The notes: generated by a model not told the origin, from the letters alone. 64,000 bases of DNA from an uncultured Verrucomicrobiota bacterium (GCA_964396005.1 CAYNCT010000002.1:948-64947); one strand, 5' to 3'; numbered from the stretch's first letter, positions 19,126-30,331 are shown. Translations and numbers: made by a program.

Positions 19126-19761
19126 ATGTCCGCGGACATGGTCAGCCCGCCTGAGAAGTCGGCACCCGCTCCGACTGCCCCGCCCGATTTTGACGAGCTG
19201 GAACTCCTCCGCCGGGCACAGGCGGGGGAGTTGGGCGCCTACGACGCGCTGGTCCGGCACCACCAGCCCCGGGTGTACGCCGCGGTGTACCACATGACCT
19301 CGAACCACGAGGACGCCAACGACCTGACCCAGGAGGCGTTCATCAAGGCGTTCCGGGTGCTGTACACGTTCAAGGGAGACTCCAGCTTTGGGACGTGGGT
19401 GTACCGCATCGCCGTCAATCGCACCCTTAATTTTCTCAAGGCGCGACGCAATCGGCAGGCCGACCTCAGCCTGAACGACCTGGACTTCAGTGCCGAAAAC
19501 GATCCCGACGTGGTGGCCTTTGTGTCGGAGCACACCCCGCACCGGGACGCCACCCTGAGTGAGCTGCAACAAAGATTGAACGCGGCCATGCAGAAACTGT
19601 CAGAAAGGCATCGGTTGGTAGTGACGATGCACGACATTCAAGGCATGACGCATGAGGAAATCGCCCAGGTTCTGGGCTGCAACGTCGGAACCGTGCGCTC
19701 ACGCCTGTTTTACGCGCGGCAGCAGTTGCAGGGGCTGCTGTCCGATTACCTGAAGGGTTGA
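19126..19761 (+). CDS. ECF-type sigma-70 family factor (RpoE-like)
   Basis: Region 2 (YAAVYHMTSNHEDANDLTQEAFIKAF ... WVYRIAVNRTLNFL) and region 4 (MTHEEIAQVLGCNVGTVRSRLFYAR). ATG at 19126. Confidence 0.85.
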   Translation: MSADMVSPPEKSAPAPTAPPDFDELELLRRAQAGELGAYDALVRHHQPRVYAAVYHMTSNHEDANDLTQEAFIKAFRVLYTFKGDSSFGTWVYRIAVNRTLNFLKARRNRQADLSLNDLDFSAENDPDVVAFVSEHTPHRDATLSELQQRLNAAMQKLSERHRLVVTMHDIQGMTHEEIAQVLGCNVGTVRSRLFYARQQLQGLLSDYLKG

Positions 19762-19768
19762 AGACGGT

Positions 19769-20239
19769 ATGAATTCGCAAGATCAAGAATTTCAGGCGCT
19801 GCGGCGCTTGTTGGCGCTGAAGCGACACGAGCAGCCGCCGCCGGGCTATTTCGACCGGCTGGCCGGCTCGATTCGCGCGCAACTCGCCGCCGAGCAGGCC
19901 AGCGAATCATGGTGGTCGCGGCTCTTCACCCGCTGGGAAATCCGGCCCGCGTGGGCCGGAGCTTTCGCCGCCTCGGTGGCGGCCATGTACGTCGTGAGTG
20001 TGGGGCTTTCGAAGCACCCTGAAATGGCGGGCCTGCCGGAGGCGCCGGCCACCTGGGCGCTGGGAAGCCAGGGTGTTCAGCCGGGGCCAGCCGGATGGCT
20101 GCCGGGCGTGCCCGCCGGTTGGATGGCGGGAGTGGAAGATACTTTCACGCCGAAGCTCGGGTCGTTTTCTTCGGCGTCGAATCGCGAGCACACCGGGGAG
20201 TGGGTGCTCCCGGCGGGGTTCAGTGTGGGTCAGCCGTAG
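19769..20239 (+). CDS. Putative cognate anti-sigma / membrane protein
   Basis: Starts 7 nt after the sigma gene. 156 aa with one hydrophobic segment (AGAFAASVAAMYVVSVGL). The call rests on position and topology only. Confidence 0.45.
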   Translation: MNSQDQEFQALRRLLALKRHEQPPPGYFDRLAGSIRAQLAAEQASESWWSRLFTRWEIRPAWAGAFAASVAAMYVVSVGLSKHPEMAGLPEAPATWALGSQGVQPGPAGWLPGVPAGWMAGVEDTFTPKLGSFSSASNREHTGEWVLPAGFSVGQP

Positions 20240-20491
20240 GGACTTGGTTGGTGGGTAGGGCGCCGGAATTTGCCGCCGGCGCTCCGAAATTGTTGTTTGT
20301 TTGGGTCGGGGCGGGCGTCGAAAGACGCTCGCCCTTCGACTTTCTGGCGGCGGGCTGCTGCCGGCCCCACTCCTTGGCCCGTCTTCCGTCGCTGGCGGCC
20401 GGCCGGCGGGAGGCCATTCGTTAGGGCGGGGAAGCCGCGTCGCCCCGGCCCGGGAACTTGTGTTTGCGCGGCCCGTTTTTATGTTCGCCGC

Positions 20492-21202
20492 ATGGACCTG
20501 GCCGCCAATCTCGAATCCCTCCGCCGCCGGATCGGCGCGGCGTGCGAACGCGCCGGCCGTGACCCGGCATCCGTGACCTTGGTCGCCGTGAGCAAAGGGC
20601 AACCGCCGGCCGTGGTGCGGGCCGCGGCAGAGCTGGGCTTGACGCTCTTCGGCGAGAACAAGGTCCAGGAGGCGAAAGCCAAGATTCCCCTCTGTCCCGG
20701 CCGGCTACGCTGGCATCTGATCGGCCACCTGCAGACCAATAAAGCCCGCGACGCCGTTCACTTCTTCGAGCTGATCCACAGCGTGGACAGCCTCCACCTC
20801 GCGGAGGAAATCCAGCGCCAGGCGGACAAGGCCGCCAAGTCCGTGGCCGTGCTCATCGAGGTGAACGTGGCCGGCGAAGCCAGCAAGTTTGGCTACCGGC
20901 CGGCGGCCTTGCTCCAGGAACTGGCTGCGTTGAACGCGCTGCCGCGCCTGGAAATCCACGGGCTGATGACCCTGGCACCCTGGTCGCCCGATCCGGAACG
21001 GGCCCGGCCGCATTTTCGCCGCCTCCGCGAGTTGAAGCAGGAGTGCGAGCAGCGGCTGGGCGCGCCGCTGGCCCACTTGAGCATGGGCATGAGCGGTGAT
21101 TTCGAGCCGGCGATCGAGGAGGGAGCGACGCTGGTGCGCATTGGCACCGCTCTGTTCGGGGAACGGCCCCGGCCCGCGCCGGCAGAGCCGGGCCCCGACT
21201 GA
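20492..21202 (+). CDS. yggS: YggS family pyridoxal-phosphate homeostasis protein
   Basis: Contains LVAVSKGQP, FGENKVQEA, WHLIGHLQTNK, GLMTLAP and LSMGMSGDFE.AIEEGAT.VRIG. ATG at 20492. Confidence 0.9.
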   Translation: MDLAANLESLRRRIGAACERAGRDPASVTLVAVSKGQPPAVVRAAAELGLTLFGENKVQEAKAKIPLCPGRLRWHLIGHLQTNKARDAVHFFELIHSVDSLHLAEEIQRQADKAAKSVAVLIEVNVAGEASKFGYRPAALLQELAALNALPRLEIHGLMTLAPWSPDPERARPHFRRLRELKQECEQRLGAPLAHLSMGMSGDFEPAIEEGATLVRIGTALFGERPRPAPAEPGPD

Positions 21203-21250
21203 CGGGGAGTTTTCGTTTGCCGGGGGGACCGCCGGCGGTACTTTCGCGCC

Positions 21251-21577
21251 GTGACGGTTGAGACGTTCGCACCCGAGATGACCGAGGCCCTCAAGGCCTT
21301 TGACAAGTACATCATCTGCCTGGAGAAGTCGGTCGAAGAGTGCCGGGCCTCGCTGGCCTCCCTAATCGAGAAGGCGATTGCTGCTTACGAGAGCCGCGCG
21401 CCCGGCTTGCGGCATGGCATCGCGCTGGACCGGCATCTCACGGTGATTCTCAGTCAAACCGACAGCGAACGGCCGTTGTGCGCGATCTACTTCAACCTGC
21501 ACACCCCCTACCACAAGCAGGCTGGCAGTCTGGCCGCCCGCCAACGGTCGCGCCAGGCGCCGAACCAGCAGGCGTGA
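21251..21577 (+). CDS. Hypothetical small protein
   Basis: 108 aa with a GTG start. The composition looks coding for the first ~85 aa. No recognisable motif. Confidence 0.4.
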   Translation: MTVETFAPEMTEALKAFDKYIICLEKSVEECRASLASLIEKAIAAYESRAPGLRHGIALDRHLTVILSQTDSERPLCAIYFNLHTPYHKQAGSLAARQRSRQAPNQQA

Positions 21578-21659
21578 CCCCGCTGGCGGTCCCGGCGCGA
21601 ACCCGCAGGCCACGGGCTGGCGGGGCGAGGCTCGGGCGGGTCGAGCAACCCGACCGGCC

Positions 21660-21948
21660 GTCGAACGCACCAGGCTGCCGCTGAAGCGAGTGCGACTTCC
21701 GTGCGCGTGGCTGGGCGGCAGGTTGCCGCCCAGAACGGCCAAGTTGGCCGTGCCGCCCAATACCCAAGGCAGCGGTCCGGCTAAGCCGGAACGATGCCAT
21801 TGGAGTGGGGAGCGCGCCCGGCCCGCTTGTGCGGACGAGATGGTTTCACCGTTGGGTGTATCCTCGTGCGCTCGGGTCCGGCGCGGAGGCGCGCCGAACC
21901 ACAGCCGGCGCGGCTGTGCTCCCCGAACATTTCAATTGAATCGTCGCG
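21660..21948 (+). repeat. Composite intergenic repeat: module A (21660..21798) followed by module B (21799..21948)
   Basis: Module A carries a perfect 10-bp hairpin (ctgggcggca-ggt-tgccgcccag, 21711..21733) and an 8-bp hairpin (acggccaa-g-ttggccgt, 21735..21751). Module B has closing arms ggggagcgc / gtgctcccc. The element lies between convergent genes and ends 2 nt before the stop at 21951. Confidence 0.8.
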
Positions 21949-21950
21949 GT

Positions 21951-23162
21951 TTAGTTGAGCCGCACGTCGAGGCAGACCAAATCTTTGCCGGCGCGGCAGT
22001 ACAAGCGGCCGTTAGCCAGCACGGGTGCCGCCCAGGTGTCCTTGCCCGTCAGCGCCTGGAATCCCGCGACCTCCCGCAACTCCCGGGGCGACGGCTCGAC
22101 CACCGCGAGGCGCCCCTTGTCGCTGAAGACGATGAAGTGGTCGCCCGCCAGCAGGAGGCTGCCCTTGCCATACTTGGGGCTGGACCAGCGCTCCTCGCCG
22201 GTCGCCCAGTCGAGGCACTTGAGCGCGCTTTCGTCGAAGCCGTAGAGGTGGCCGTCCAGAAGCACGCAGGTCGCCACGTGGTTGCGCATGCGCTTGTTCT
22301 CCCAAACCACTTTCGCGGCGCCACCGGCGAAGTCCACCAGGGCGCAGCCCTTGTTGTAGCCGGAGGAGATGAACACCTTGCCGTCCTTGACGATGGGCGT
22401 CGCGGCATTCACGTCCCAGCTCGTCTTCCAGGGATGGCGCCAGAGTTCCTGGCCGTCGCGGAGAGCGCGGCCGACGATGCCCGCCGCCGAGAAGACCGCC
22501 AGGCTGCGCTGGCCGGCGTGGTCGAAGGGTACCAGCGAGGAGTAGCCCACCGGATCGTCACCGGCTTTCCAGACCACCGCGCCGGTGAGCTTGTCCATCG
22601 CCACCACCGAGGCACCGGGGCCGCCGGTTTCCACGATGAGCCAGCCGCCTTCAATCAACGGCGAGCCCGAGAAGCCCCAGGTGGGGACTTTCGCCCCGAA
22701 ATCCTTCACGAATTCCTTCGCCCACCGGACCTTGCCCGTGGCGGCTTCAAGGCAGAACAAATGCCCTTGGCGACTGAGCGAATAAGCCCGGTCGCCGTCC
22801 ACGGTGGGCGTGACCCGCGGCCCGGGATAGCCGTTGGGATCCTTGGACGAGCAGTCGTACCGGTGTTCCCAAAGCAGCTTGCCGGTCGCGGCGTCGAAGC
22901 CGTACACCGAGTCCACTTCCTCAGTGTTGCCCATGGTGTAGAGGCGGCCGTCGGCGACGCTCACGGAAGACCAGCCGACGCCGACCTCGGCTTTCCACAG
23001 TGATTTCGGCCCCTCGGGCGGCCACTGCTTGAGCCACTGGTTCTCCTTGGAAATGCCGTCAAAGTTCGCGCCCCGCCAGCGCGGCCAATCGTCGGCCCGG
23101 GCGGGAGCGGACAACGAGGCGGCGATCCAGGCGGCGGCAAAGGTGAGGGCGAGGGTTTTCAT
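21951..23162 (-). CDS. PQQ-like beta-propeller repeat protein, secreted
   Basis: Signal peptide (MKTLALTFAAAWIAASLSAPARA), then DWPRWRGANFDG and repeated G.LY......L.C.D..TGK..W blades. Confidence 0.8.
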   Translation of the reverse strand: MKTLALTFAAAWIAASLSAPARADDWPRWRGANFDGISKENQWLKQWPPEGPKSLWKAEVGVGWSSVSVADGRLYTMGNTEEVDSVYGFDAATGKLLWEHRYDCSSKDPNGYPGPRVTPTVDGDRAYSLSRQGHLFCLEAATGKVRWAKEFVKDFGAKVPTWGFSGSPLIEGGWLIVETGGPGASVVAMDKLTGAVVWKAGDDPVGYSSLVPFDHAGQRSLAVFSAAGIVGRALRDGQELWRHPWKTSWDVNAATPIVKDGKVFISSGYNKGCALVDFAGGAAKVVWENKRMRNHVATCVLLDGHLYGFDESALKCLDWATGEERWSSPKYGKGSLLLAGDHFIVFSDKGRLAVVEPSPRELREVAGFQALTGKDTWAAPVLANGRLYCRAGKDLVCLDVRLN

Positions 23163-23257
23163 GGGTGAAGACGGAGTAAACACTTTGGTCATTGGTTGAT
23201 CCGACACGCCGCGGAAGGTGGCGGGCGGGCGGCCAAAGTCAACGCGACGCCGAGCCC

Positions 23258-24559
23258 TCAATACAGCAGGTACTTTTCGCGCCGCCGACGGAAGGCCTCC
23301 TCCCCCGGCTTCCAGGAAGCCACGATCTCCGCGGCGGATTGCCCCGCTTGCAGGGCCTTGCGCGTGGCATCGGTGCCATTGACCTTGTCGAACATGGAGA
23401 AGTTCTTGCCGGCCTTCACCGCCTCGGCGAACAGGTCGCGTTTGCCCACCCGCTTTACGGCGTCCAGGGCGTAGAAATTAATCGCTACCAGCGGCGCGTG
23501 CGCGGGGTCGGTGAGGCGGAATCGCACGCCCCTGACCAACTGATTCTGGTACGCGCCGCGGCCGGGCGTGAACTCGACCGGCGTGAAGCGGACGCCTCGC
23601 AGCGGGTACGTGGCCAGTTGGCGCGCCAGCGCGTCGCCGTTGAGCCACGGAGCGGCGATGCACTGAAACGGGGAATCCGTGCCGAGGCCCAGGCTCACCC
23701 CGCCCAACTCGCCCAGAATGCCGGTGGCCACCAGGTAAAACGCCGCCTCCGGGGTGCGCACGTTGGGCGAGGTGGGGACAAAGGGCAGCCCGGTGTTGCG
23801 CCAGGTCATCGTGCGTTTCCAGCCGGTCATGGGCACCACGGTGAGCCGACAGCGGTTGGTAATCCAGCGCTCACCGTTGATCATTCGGGCCAGTTCGCCG
23901 CAGGTCAGGCCGTACACGTAGGGAATGTCCCAGCGGCTGACAAAGGTCCGGTAGGCGTCGGTGACCATCGGCCCCTCGACGCGGCGGCCGCCCAGCGGAT
24001 TAGGGCGGTCCAGGACCACGAACTCGACCCCAGCGGCGCCGCACGCCTCCATCGCCTGGCCCAACGTGCTGATGTACGTGTACGAGCGGACGCCGATGTC
24101 CTGCAGGTCGTACACCACCACGTCAATCCCCTTGAGCATGGCCGGCGTGGGCTTGCGGGTGGGGCCGGGACCGTACAGCGAAAACACGGGCAGGCCGGTC
24201 CGGGCGTCGGTGCCGTTGGGAAACTCTTTGCCGGCGGGGAGGGAGCCGGTGAGTCCGTGCTCCGGCGCAAGGAGCGCCACCAGCTTCACGCCCGGCGCCG
24301 CCCGCAGGGTGTCCAGGGTCGAGCGGCCCCGGGCGTCAACGCCCGTGTGGTTGGTGAGCAGGGCGACGCGTTTGCCGCGCAGCGGCTTGAAGCCCTCGGC
24401 CGCCAGCACTTCGCAGCCCAGTTTGACCTGAGCCTGCAGCAGGCACAGCGGCGCGAGGAGCGCGGCGAAAAATCCCGTGCGAATCACGCGCCCAAGGTAG
24501 CCGCCGCGCGGCGCACGCGAAAGGCCATCCGGCGGCGGATTGCGACGGCCCGGCCGCAC
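23258..24559 (-). CDS. DUF1343 family protein (NamZ-like exo-beta-N-acetylmuramidase family)
   Basis: Contains GKRVALLTNHTGVD ... LLAPEHGL ... DVVVYDLQDIGVRSYTYIST ... VVLDRPNPLGG. The start is uncertain (GTG at 24559). Confidence 0.8.
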   Translation of the reverse strand: MRPGRRNPPPDGLSRAPRGGYLGRVIRTGFFAALLAPLCLLQAQVKLGCEVLAAEGFKPLRGKRVALLTNHTGVDARGRSTLDTLRAAPGVKLVALLAPEHGLTGSLPAGKEFPNGTDARTGLPVFSLYGPGPTRKPTPAMLKGIDVVVYDLQDIGVRSYTYISTLGQAMEACGAAGVEFVVLDRPNPLGGRRVEGPMVTDAYRTFVSRWDIPYVYGLTCGELARMINGERWITNRCRLTVVPMTGWKRTMTWRNTGLPFVPTSPNVRTPEAAFYLVATGILGELGGVSLGLGTDSPFQCIAAPWLNGDALARQLATYPLRGVRFTPVEFTPGRGAYQNQLVRGVRFRLTDPAHAPLVAINFYALDAVKRVGKRDLFAEAVKAGKNFSMFDKVNGTDATRKALQAGQSAAEIVASWKPGEEAFRRRREKYLLY

Positions 24560-24577
24560 CCCCGCCGGGGCGGGGGA

Positions 24578-25450
<873 letters not shown>

Positions 25451-25578
25451 AGGTTTGATTCTTGCCGATGGCTTTCGGACACCTCCAGTCAATTACTCCG
25501 CGGCCCGTGTGTCAACCATCAGACCAATCGCCTTGCGGCGGGCTTGCCTTGGCGGGCGGCGGGTCGTCAAATGCGCCC

Positions 25579-28500
25579 ATGCGCTTCCAACCCCCTTTTT
25601 TCCCCCTGTTCCCCCTGCTCCTCGCCGCGCTGACGTCGCTGCCCGCGCTGCCCGCCCGCTCCGCCGCGTCTGCCGAGGTGAAGCGATTGCTGGCCGACCC
25701 GCCGCGCGAGTACGCCACCGCGCCGCTCTGGGTTTGGAACGACCTGCTGACCGAGCGGCAGGTCCGCGAGACGCTGCGCGACCTGGCCGACCAGCGGGTC
25801 AAACAGGCCTTCGTGCATCCGCGCCCCGGTCTGATGACCCCGTATCTCGGCGCCGATTGGTTCCGGCTGTGGAAGGTCGCGCTCGAGGAGGCCGCCGCGC
25901 TCGACATGAATCTCTGGATCTACGACGAGAACTCCTACCCCAGCGGGTTTGCCGGCGGCTGGGTGCCGGAGTTGATGCCCGAGGCGCGCGGCATGGGCCT
26001 GCATTTCCGCGAGAGCACGTCCGCCCCGAGCTGGGAGGAGGGCCTGGTGCGCGTATTCCGGCTGGGCGAGCCGGCGGCCGCGCCGCTGGACGTGACCGAA
26101 GCCGTGCGCCGCGGAGAGGCGCTGCCGGCGGGACGCTATCTCGCGGCGCTGATTCAGCGGGCCGGCAACTCGACCTGGCACGGCGGCCGCAGCTACGTGA
26201 ACCTGCTGACGCCGGGCGTGACGGAGAAGTTCATCGAGGTCACCTTGGAAGCCTACAAGCGCGACATCGGCAATCAGTTTGGGCGGCGGGTGCCCGGCGT
26301 GTTCACTGACGAGCCGAACATCCGGCCAGCCGCCGGTCTTCCCTGGTGCCCGGACCTGCCCGGACAGTTTCAGAAGCGCTGGGGCTATGACCTCCTGGCG
26401 CACCTGCCCGGCCTCAACCAGGAGATCGGGGACTGGCGTCGCCTGCGTCACAACTATTTCCGCCTGCTCAACGAGCTGTTCATCGCGCGCTGGGCCCGCC
26501 CCATGTACGAATGGTGCGACCGGAACGGCCTCGAATTCACCGGCCATTACTGGGACCACGAGTGGCCCCATTGCGTCGGGGTGCCGGACAACATGGCCAT
26601 GGCCGCGTGGCAGCATCGGCCCGGCGTGGACACGCTGATGAACCAGTACGCGGAGCACACGCACGCCCAGTTCGGCAACGTCCGTTACTGCCGCGAGGTC
26701 GCGAGCGTGGCCAACCAGCTCGGGCGGAAGCGCACGCTCGTTGAACTCTACGGCGCGGGCGGTTGGGATTTGCGCTTCGAGGACATGAAACGCATCGGCG
26801 ACTGGCTGCAGGTGCTGGGCATCAACACCATGGACGAACACCTCAGTTTCATCACGATCCGCGGCGCGCGGAAGCGGGATCACCCGCAGAGCTTCAGCTA
26901 CCATGAACCCTGGTGGGAGGCCTACCACGTGAACGCGCAGTACCTGACGCGCCTCAGTTGCGCGATGTCCCAGGGCGAACAACTCAACCGCGTGCTCGTG
27001 CTCGAACCCACCACCACGGCGTGGATGTACCAGGGCAACGAGCCGAAGCTGCGCGAGCTGGGCGACGCGTTTTTCAACCTGCTGCTGGCGCTTGAGGCGG
27101 CGCAGATCGAGTACGACCTGGGCTGCGAGGACGTCATCGCTCGCGAGGGCAGGCTCGAGGACGGCCGGTTCCGGGTGGGGCGCCGGCTCTACGATCGGGT
27201 CGTGCTCCCGCCGGGCACCGAGAACCTGGACGCTCGGACCTGGGACCTGCTGCGGGCGTTCGCGACCGTTTCGCCCTCAAACCTGTTGGTCGGTGCCGCT
27301 CCGGTGCGCCGCGACGGCGGGCTGATCTCCGCAGCCAATTCCGGCGAGGCCTGGCCAACCCAACTGCCCCTTCGCCGGGCGGAAGAACTGGTGACGCTTC
27401 TGAGCGACGCGGCGGCGCAGGACGACTTCCACATTACCCGGACGCCGCAGGACCGTGGCATTCTCTTTCATCACCGCCGTCACCTGGCCGACGGCCAGGT
27501 GCTGTTGCTGGTCAACACGAGTATCGAGTCGCCCTCCAGCGGCAGCATCGAATCGGGGTTGAAGGGGATCGAAGAGTGGAATCTGCACACGGGAGGCGCC
27601 CGGGAGTACCCCTTCGAAGCGACCGGCCGCGGCGTGCGTGCCCACTTCCACCTGCCGCCCTCCGGAAGCCTGCTGCTCTTCTTGTCCGCGGCGCCCCGCA
27701 AGGCGGCGCCGGGCGGGGTGGAAACCCGGTCTGCCCTGGCCGCCAGCGGCCCCCTCGAAGTCCGGCGCCTGGAACCGAACGTCCTCACGCTCGATTACGT
27801 GGACGTCACCGCTGGCGGGCAGACGCGCCGAGACGAGTATTTCTATGCGGCCAACCAGTTCGTCTGGCAGAAGAACGGAATGGACCGTAACCCGTGGGAT
27901 AGTGCCGTCCAGTTCAAGGACGAGCTGATCGCGCGGAGCTTTCCCGCCGGTAGCGGCTTCACAGCGAGTTACCGATTCACGATCGAGGGGCCGGTACCCG
28001 AGAATCTGGCGATCGTTATCGAGCGCGCCGATCTCTACGACCTCACCTGCAACGGCCAACCGGTGAAACCCCGGCGCGGCGCGTGGTGGCTGGACAGGGC
28101 GTTTGGTCGGGTCGAGATCGCCCGGCTGGCCGCCACCGGCGAAAATATCGTCACCCTCACCGCCTCGCCCATGACCGTGTTTCACGAACTGGAGCCGGCC
28201 TACCTGTTGGGCGATTTCACGCTCAAGCCGGCGCCGCGCGGTTTCGTGGTCACGGCCGATCGCCCGTTGACGGTGGACACCGGCAAGCCCGAGCTGACCC
28301 ACGGCCTCCAACCCGACGGCGCCATGTGGTTGAGCGGCGGCATCGGCTTCGAGCCGGGCATCGAAGACCGGGCACCCGCAGTGACCTTCGACCTGGGCGC
28401 CGACGTGGAACTGGGCGGGATCCGGATCTGGAACTACAACGAGGCGCACGTCCGCGAGCTCACCGCGCGCGGCGTGGCGCGCCTCGCGATTTCTGCGCGG

Positions 28501-29253
28501 GGACCGGCCGGCGCTGAGGACCTTGGTGAACTCACCCTCGCGCGCGCGAATGGTCGCGCGGCCCGGCCGCAAACTCTCGCCATCGCGCCCCGGCGCCCCG
28601 TGCGCACGGTCGAGTTCAAAGTGTTGAGCAACCACGCGGGCGTAACGTTCCCGGCGGACGGCACGCCGGCGGACCACGGCTTTGTGGGGCTGGCGGAGGT
28701 GCAGTTTCTGGACCGCGACGGCCGGGCCATCTCCGGCGTCAAGGTCAGCGCTCGGACCAGCGAACTCGCCGCCATGCAGCGTAACGCCAGTCACCTGACT
28801 GATGGCAGCGGCCTCGCCGCCCGGATCGGTCTCGGCTGGAACGAGCAGGGCCATCCGTTTTACGCCGCGGGCGTTGGCTACCAACAACGGTTCAAAATCG
28901 AGCAGAAGACCGGTCGCTTCGTGGTGTCCGTGCCGCACTGGTACGGCAGCGTGGCGAAGGTGCTGGTGAACGGCGACCTCGCCGGGTACATCGCCGCGCC
29001 GCCGTGGGAACTCGACGTGACCGACGAGTTGATCCGCGGTGACAACCGCGTCGAGGTGGTGGTGATCGGCACGCTCCGGAACACGCTGGGGCCCCATCAC
29101 GGCGGACATGCCCTCGGCAGTGCCTGGCCGGGGATGTTCCAGGCCGGGCCGAAGCCGGGGCCGCCGCCGGGCGACCACTACAGCACCGTGGGCTACGGGA
29201 TGTTTGCGCCGTTCACGCTCCAGCACGTCAACCAGAACCAGAGCGCGCCGTAA
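25579..29253 (+). CDS. Large secreted glycoside hydrolase-like protein (GH106-like N-terminal barrel by recall, discoidin-like and sugar-binding beta-sandwich domains)
   Basis: Signal peptide (MRFQPPFFPLFPLLLAAL...). Contains PPREYATAPLWVWND ... NLWIYDENSYPSGFAGGWV and the C-terminal VLVNGDLAGYIAAPPWELDVTDELIRGDNRVEV. The family assignment is tentative. Confidence 0.7.
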   Translation: MRFQPPFFPLFPLLLAALTSLPALPARSAASAEVKRLLADPPREYATAPLWVWNDLLTERQVRETLRDLADQRVKQAFVHPRPGLMTPYLGADWFRLWKVALEEAAALDMNLWIYDENSYPSGFAGGWVPELMPEARGMGLHFRESTSAPSWEEGLVRVFRLGEPAAAPLDVTEAVRRGEALPAGRYLAALIQRAGNSTWHGGRSYVNLLTPGVTEKFIEVTLEAYKRDIGNQFGRRVPGVFTDEPNIRPAAGLPWCPDLPGQFQKRWGYDLLAHLPGLNQEIGDWRRLRHNYFRLLNELFIARWARPMYEWCDRNGLEFTGHYWDHEWPHCVGVPDNMAMAAWQHRPGVDTLMNQYAEHTHAQFGNVRYCREVASVANQLGRKRTLVELYGAGGWDLRFEDMKRIGDWLQVLGINTMDEHLSFITIRGARKRDHPQSFSYHEPWWEAYHVNAQYLTRLSCAMSQGEQLNRVLVLEPTTTAWMYQGNEPKLRELGDAFFNLLLALEAAQIEYDLGCEDVIAREGRLEDGRFRVGRRLYDRVVLPPGTENLDARTWDLLRAFATVSPSNLLVGAAPVRRDGGLISAANSGEAWPTQLPLRRAEELVTLLSDAAAQDDFHITRTPQDRGILFHHRRHLADGQVLLLVNTSIESPSSGSIESGLKGIEEWNLHTGGAREYPFEATGRGVRAHFHLPPSGSLLLFLSAAPRKAAPGGVETRSALAASGPLEVRRLEPNVLTLDYVDVTAGGQTRRDEYFYAANQFVWQKNGMDRNPWDSAVQFKDELIARSFPAGSGFTASYRFTIEGPVPENLAIVIERADLYDLTCNGQPVKPRRGAWWLDRAFGRVEIARLAATGENIVTLTASPMTVFHELEPAYLLGDFTLKPAPRGFVVTADRPLTVDTGKPELTHGLQPDGAMWLSGGIGFEPGIEDRAPAVTFDLGADVELGGIRIWNYNEAHVRELTARGVARLAISARGPAGAEDLGELTLARANGRAARPQTLAIAPRRPVRTVEFKVLSNHAGVTFPADGTPADHGFVGLAEVQFLDRDGRAISGVKVSARTSELAAMQRNASHLTDGSGLAARIGLGWNEQGHPFYAAGVGYQQRFKIEQKTGRFVVSVPHWYGSVAKVLVNGDLAGYIAAPPWELDVTDELIRGDNRVEVVVIGTLRNTLGPHHGGHALGSAWPGMFQAGPKPGPPPGDHYSTVGYGMFAPFTLQHVNQNQSAP

Positions 29254-29361
29254 ACGGGACGGGTGGTGGCCAGGCCCGGAGGGAAGCCCGGAAAGGGCGT
29301 TGTTGCGACCGGCGCGCCTGGTTTCCGCGAACCGGATCCGGCGGTCGCCGACGCGGTGCCC

Positions 29362-30219
29362 CTACCGCCACATCACCCGCCAGGTCTCCAACGAGACGGC
29401 TGCGAGGATGATGCCGCCGCCCACCACGGTGCGAACGGACGGAATCTCTCCCAGGAGAACCGCCGCCGAGATCGCCCCGTAGATGGGCAACAGGGTGGCG
29501 ATGACCCCGACGCTGCGGGCTTTGAGATGTTGCAGGCTGCGGGTGTAGAGCGTGTGCGGTAACGCCGTAAAGAGCAGCCCCAGCAGCGCCAGTTGCCCCG
29601 CCGTTCGCGGCGTCAGCGGTTCGCCCCAGATCAGCGCCACGGGCAGCAACGCTACCGCGCTGGCCGCGAGTTGATAGAAGGTCACCTTGGTGCCGCTGTG
29701 ACGGGTCACCACCCCCCGGGTCAGCAGGTTGCGTCCCGTGAAGCACGCGGCGGAGAGGACACCGATGAGCACGCCGCGGGTGATGTTGCTGGCGAGCGAG
29801 AAGTCCGGCACCAGCACCGCCACCCCCACGAGCACCAGCAGCGCCAGCGCCACGTCCAGCGGGCGCAGGCGCTCCTTGAAGAGCAGCGGCTCCGCCAGCG
29901 CGGTCATCACCGGGTAGGTGTGGAGGGACAGAATGCCGATCGCCACGGTGGAGACCTGAATGGCCTCGAAGTACGTCACCCAGTGGGCCGCCATGGCGAG
30001 GCCGCCCGCGATCAGCAGCCCAAAATCACGTCGCCCCCCCGGCGCCAGGTCGCCGCCCTGCCAGCGCAGCACCAGCAGCAGCGCTCCGGCCGCCACCACC
30101 GACCGCAGGGCCGTGATTTGGAACGCGGGCAGCGGAATCCACTTGGCGAAGAGCGCCGTGCCGGCCCAGAGCAGGACGGCGGCGTTCAGTTCGAGGAGAC
30201 TCTGGCGGCGAGCGGTCAT
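29362..30219 (-). CDS. EamA/DMT family transporter
   Basis: About 10 hydrophobic segments and two EamA-like halves. The ATG at 30219 (MTARRQSLLELNAAVLLWAG) was chosen from a longer ORF. Confidence 0.85.
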   Translation of the reverse strand: MTARRQSLLELNAAVLLWAGTALFAKWIPLPAFQITALRSVVAAGALLLVLRWQGGDLAPGGRRDFGLLIAGGLAMAAHWVTYFEAIQVSTVAIGILSLHTYPVMTALAEPLLFKERLRPLDVALALLVLVGVAVLVPDFSLASNITRGVLIGVLSAACFTGRNLLTRGVVTRHSGTKVTFYQLAASAVALLPVALIWGEPLTPRTAGQLALLGLLFTALPHTLYTRSLQHLKARSVGVIATLLPIYGAISAAVLLGEIPSVRTVVGGGIILAAVSLETWRVMWR

Positions 30220-30331
30220 GCGGCGCGGGCTTTGCCTGTGCGACGCGGCGACAGTCCGGGAATCCCTGCCGGTAACGCAAGCGCGGGATTCCGCCGCGCC
30301 GCCGGGACGCGGCCAGCCCCGACCCGCCCGG

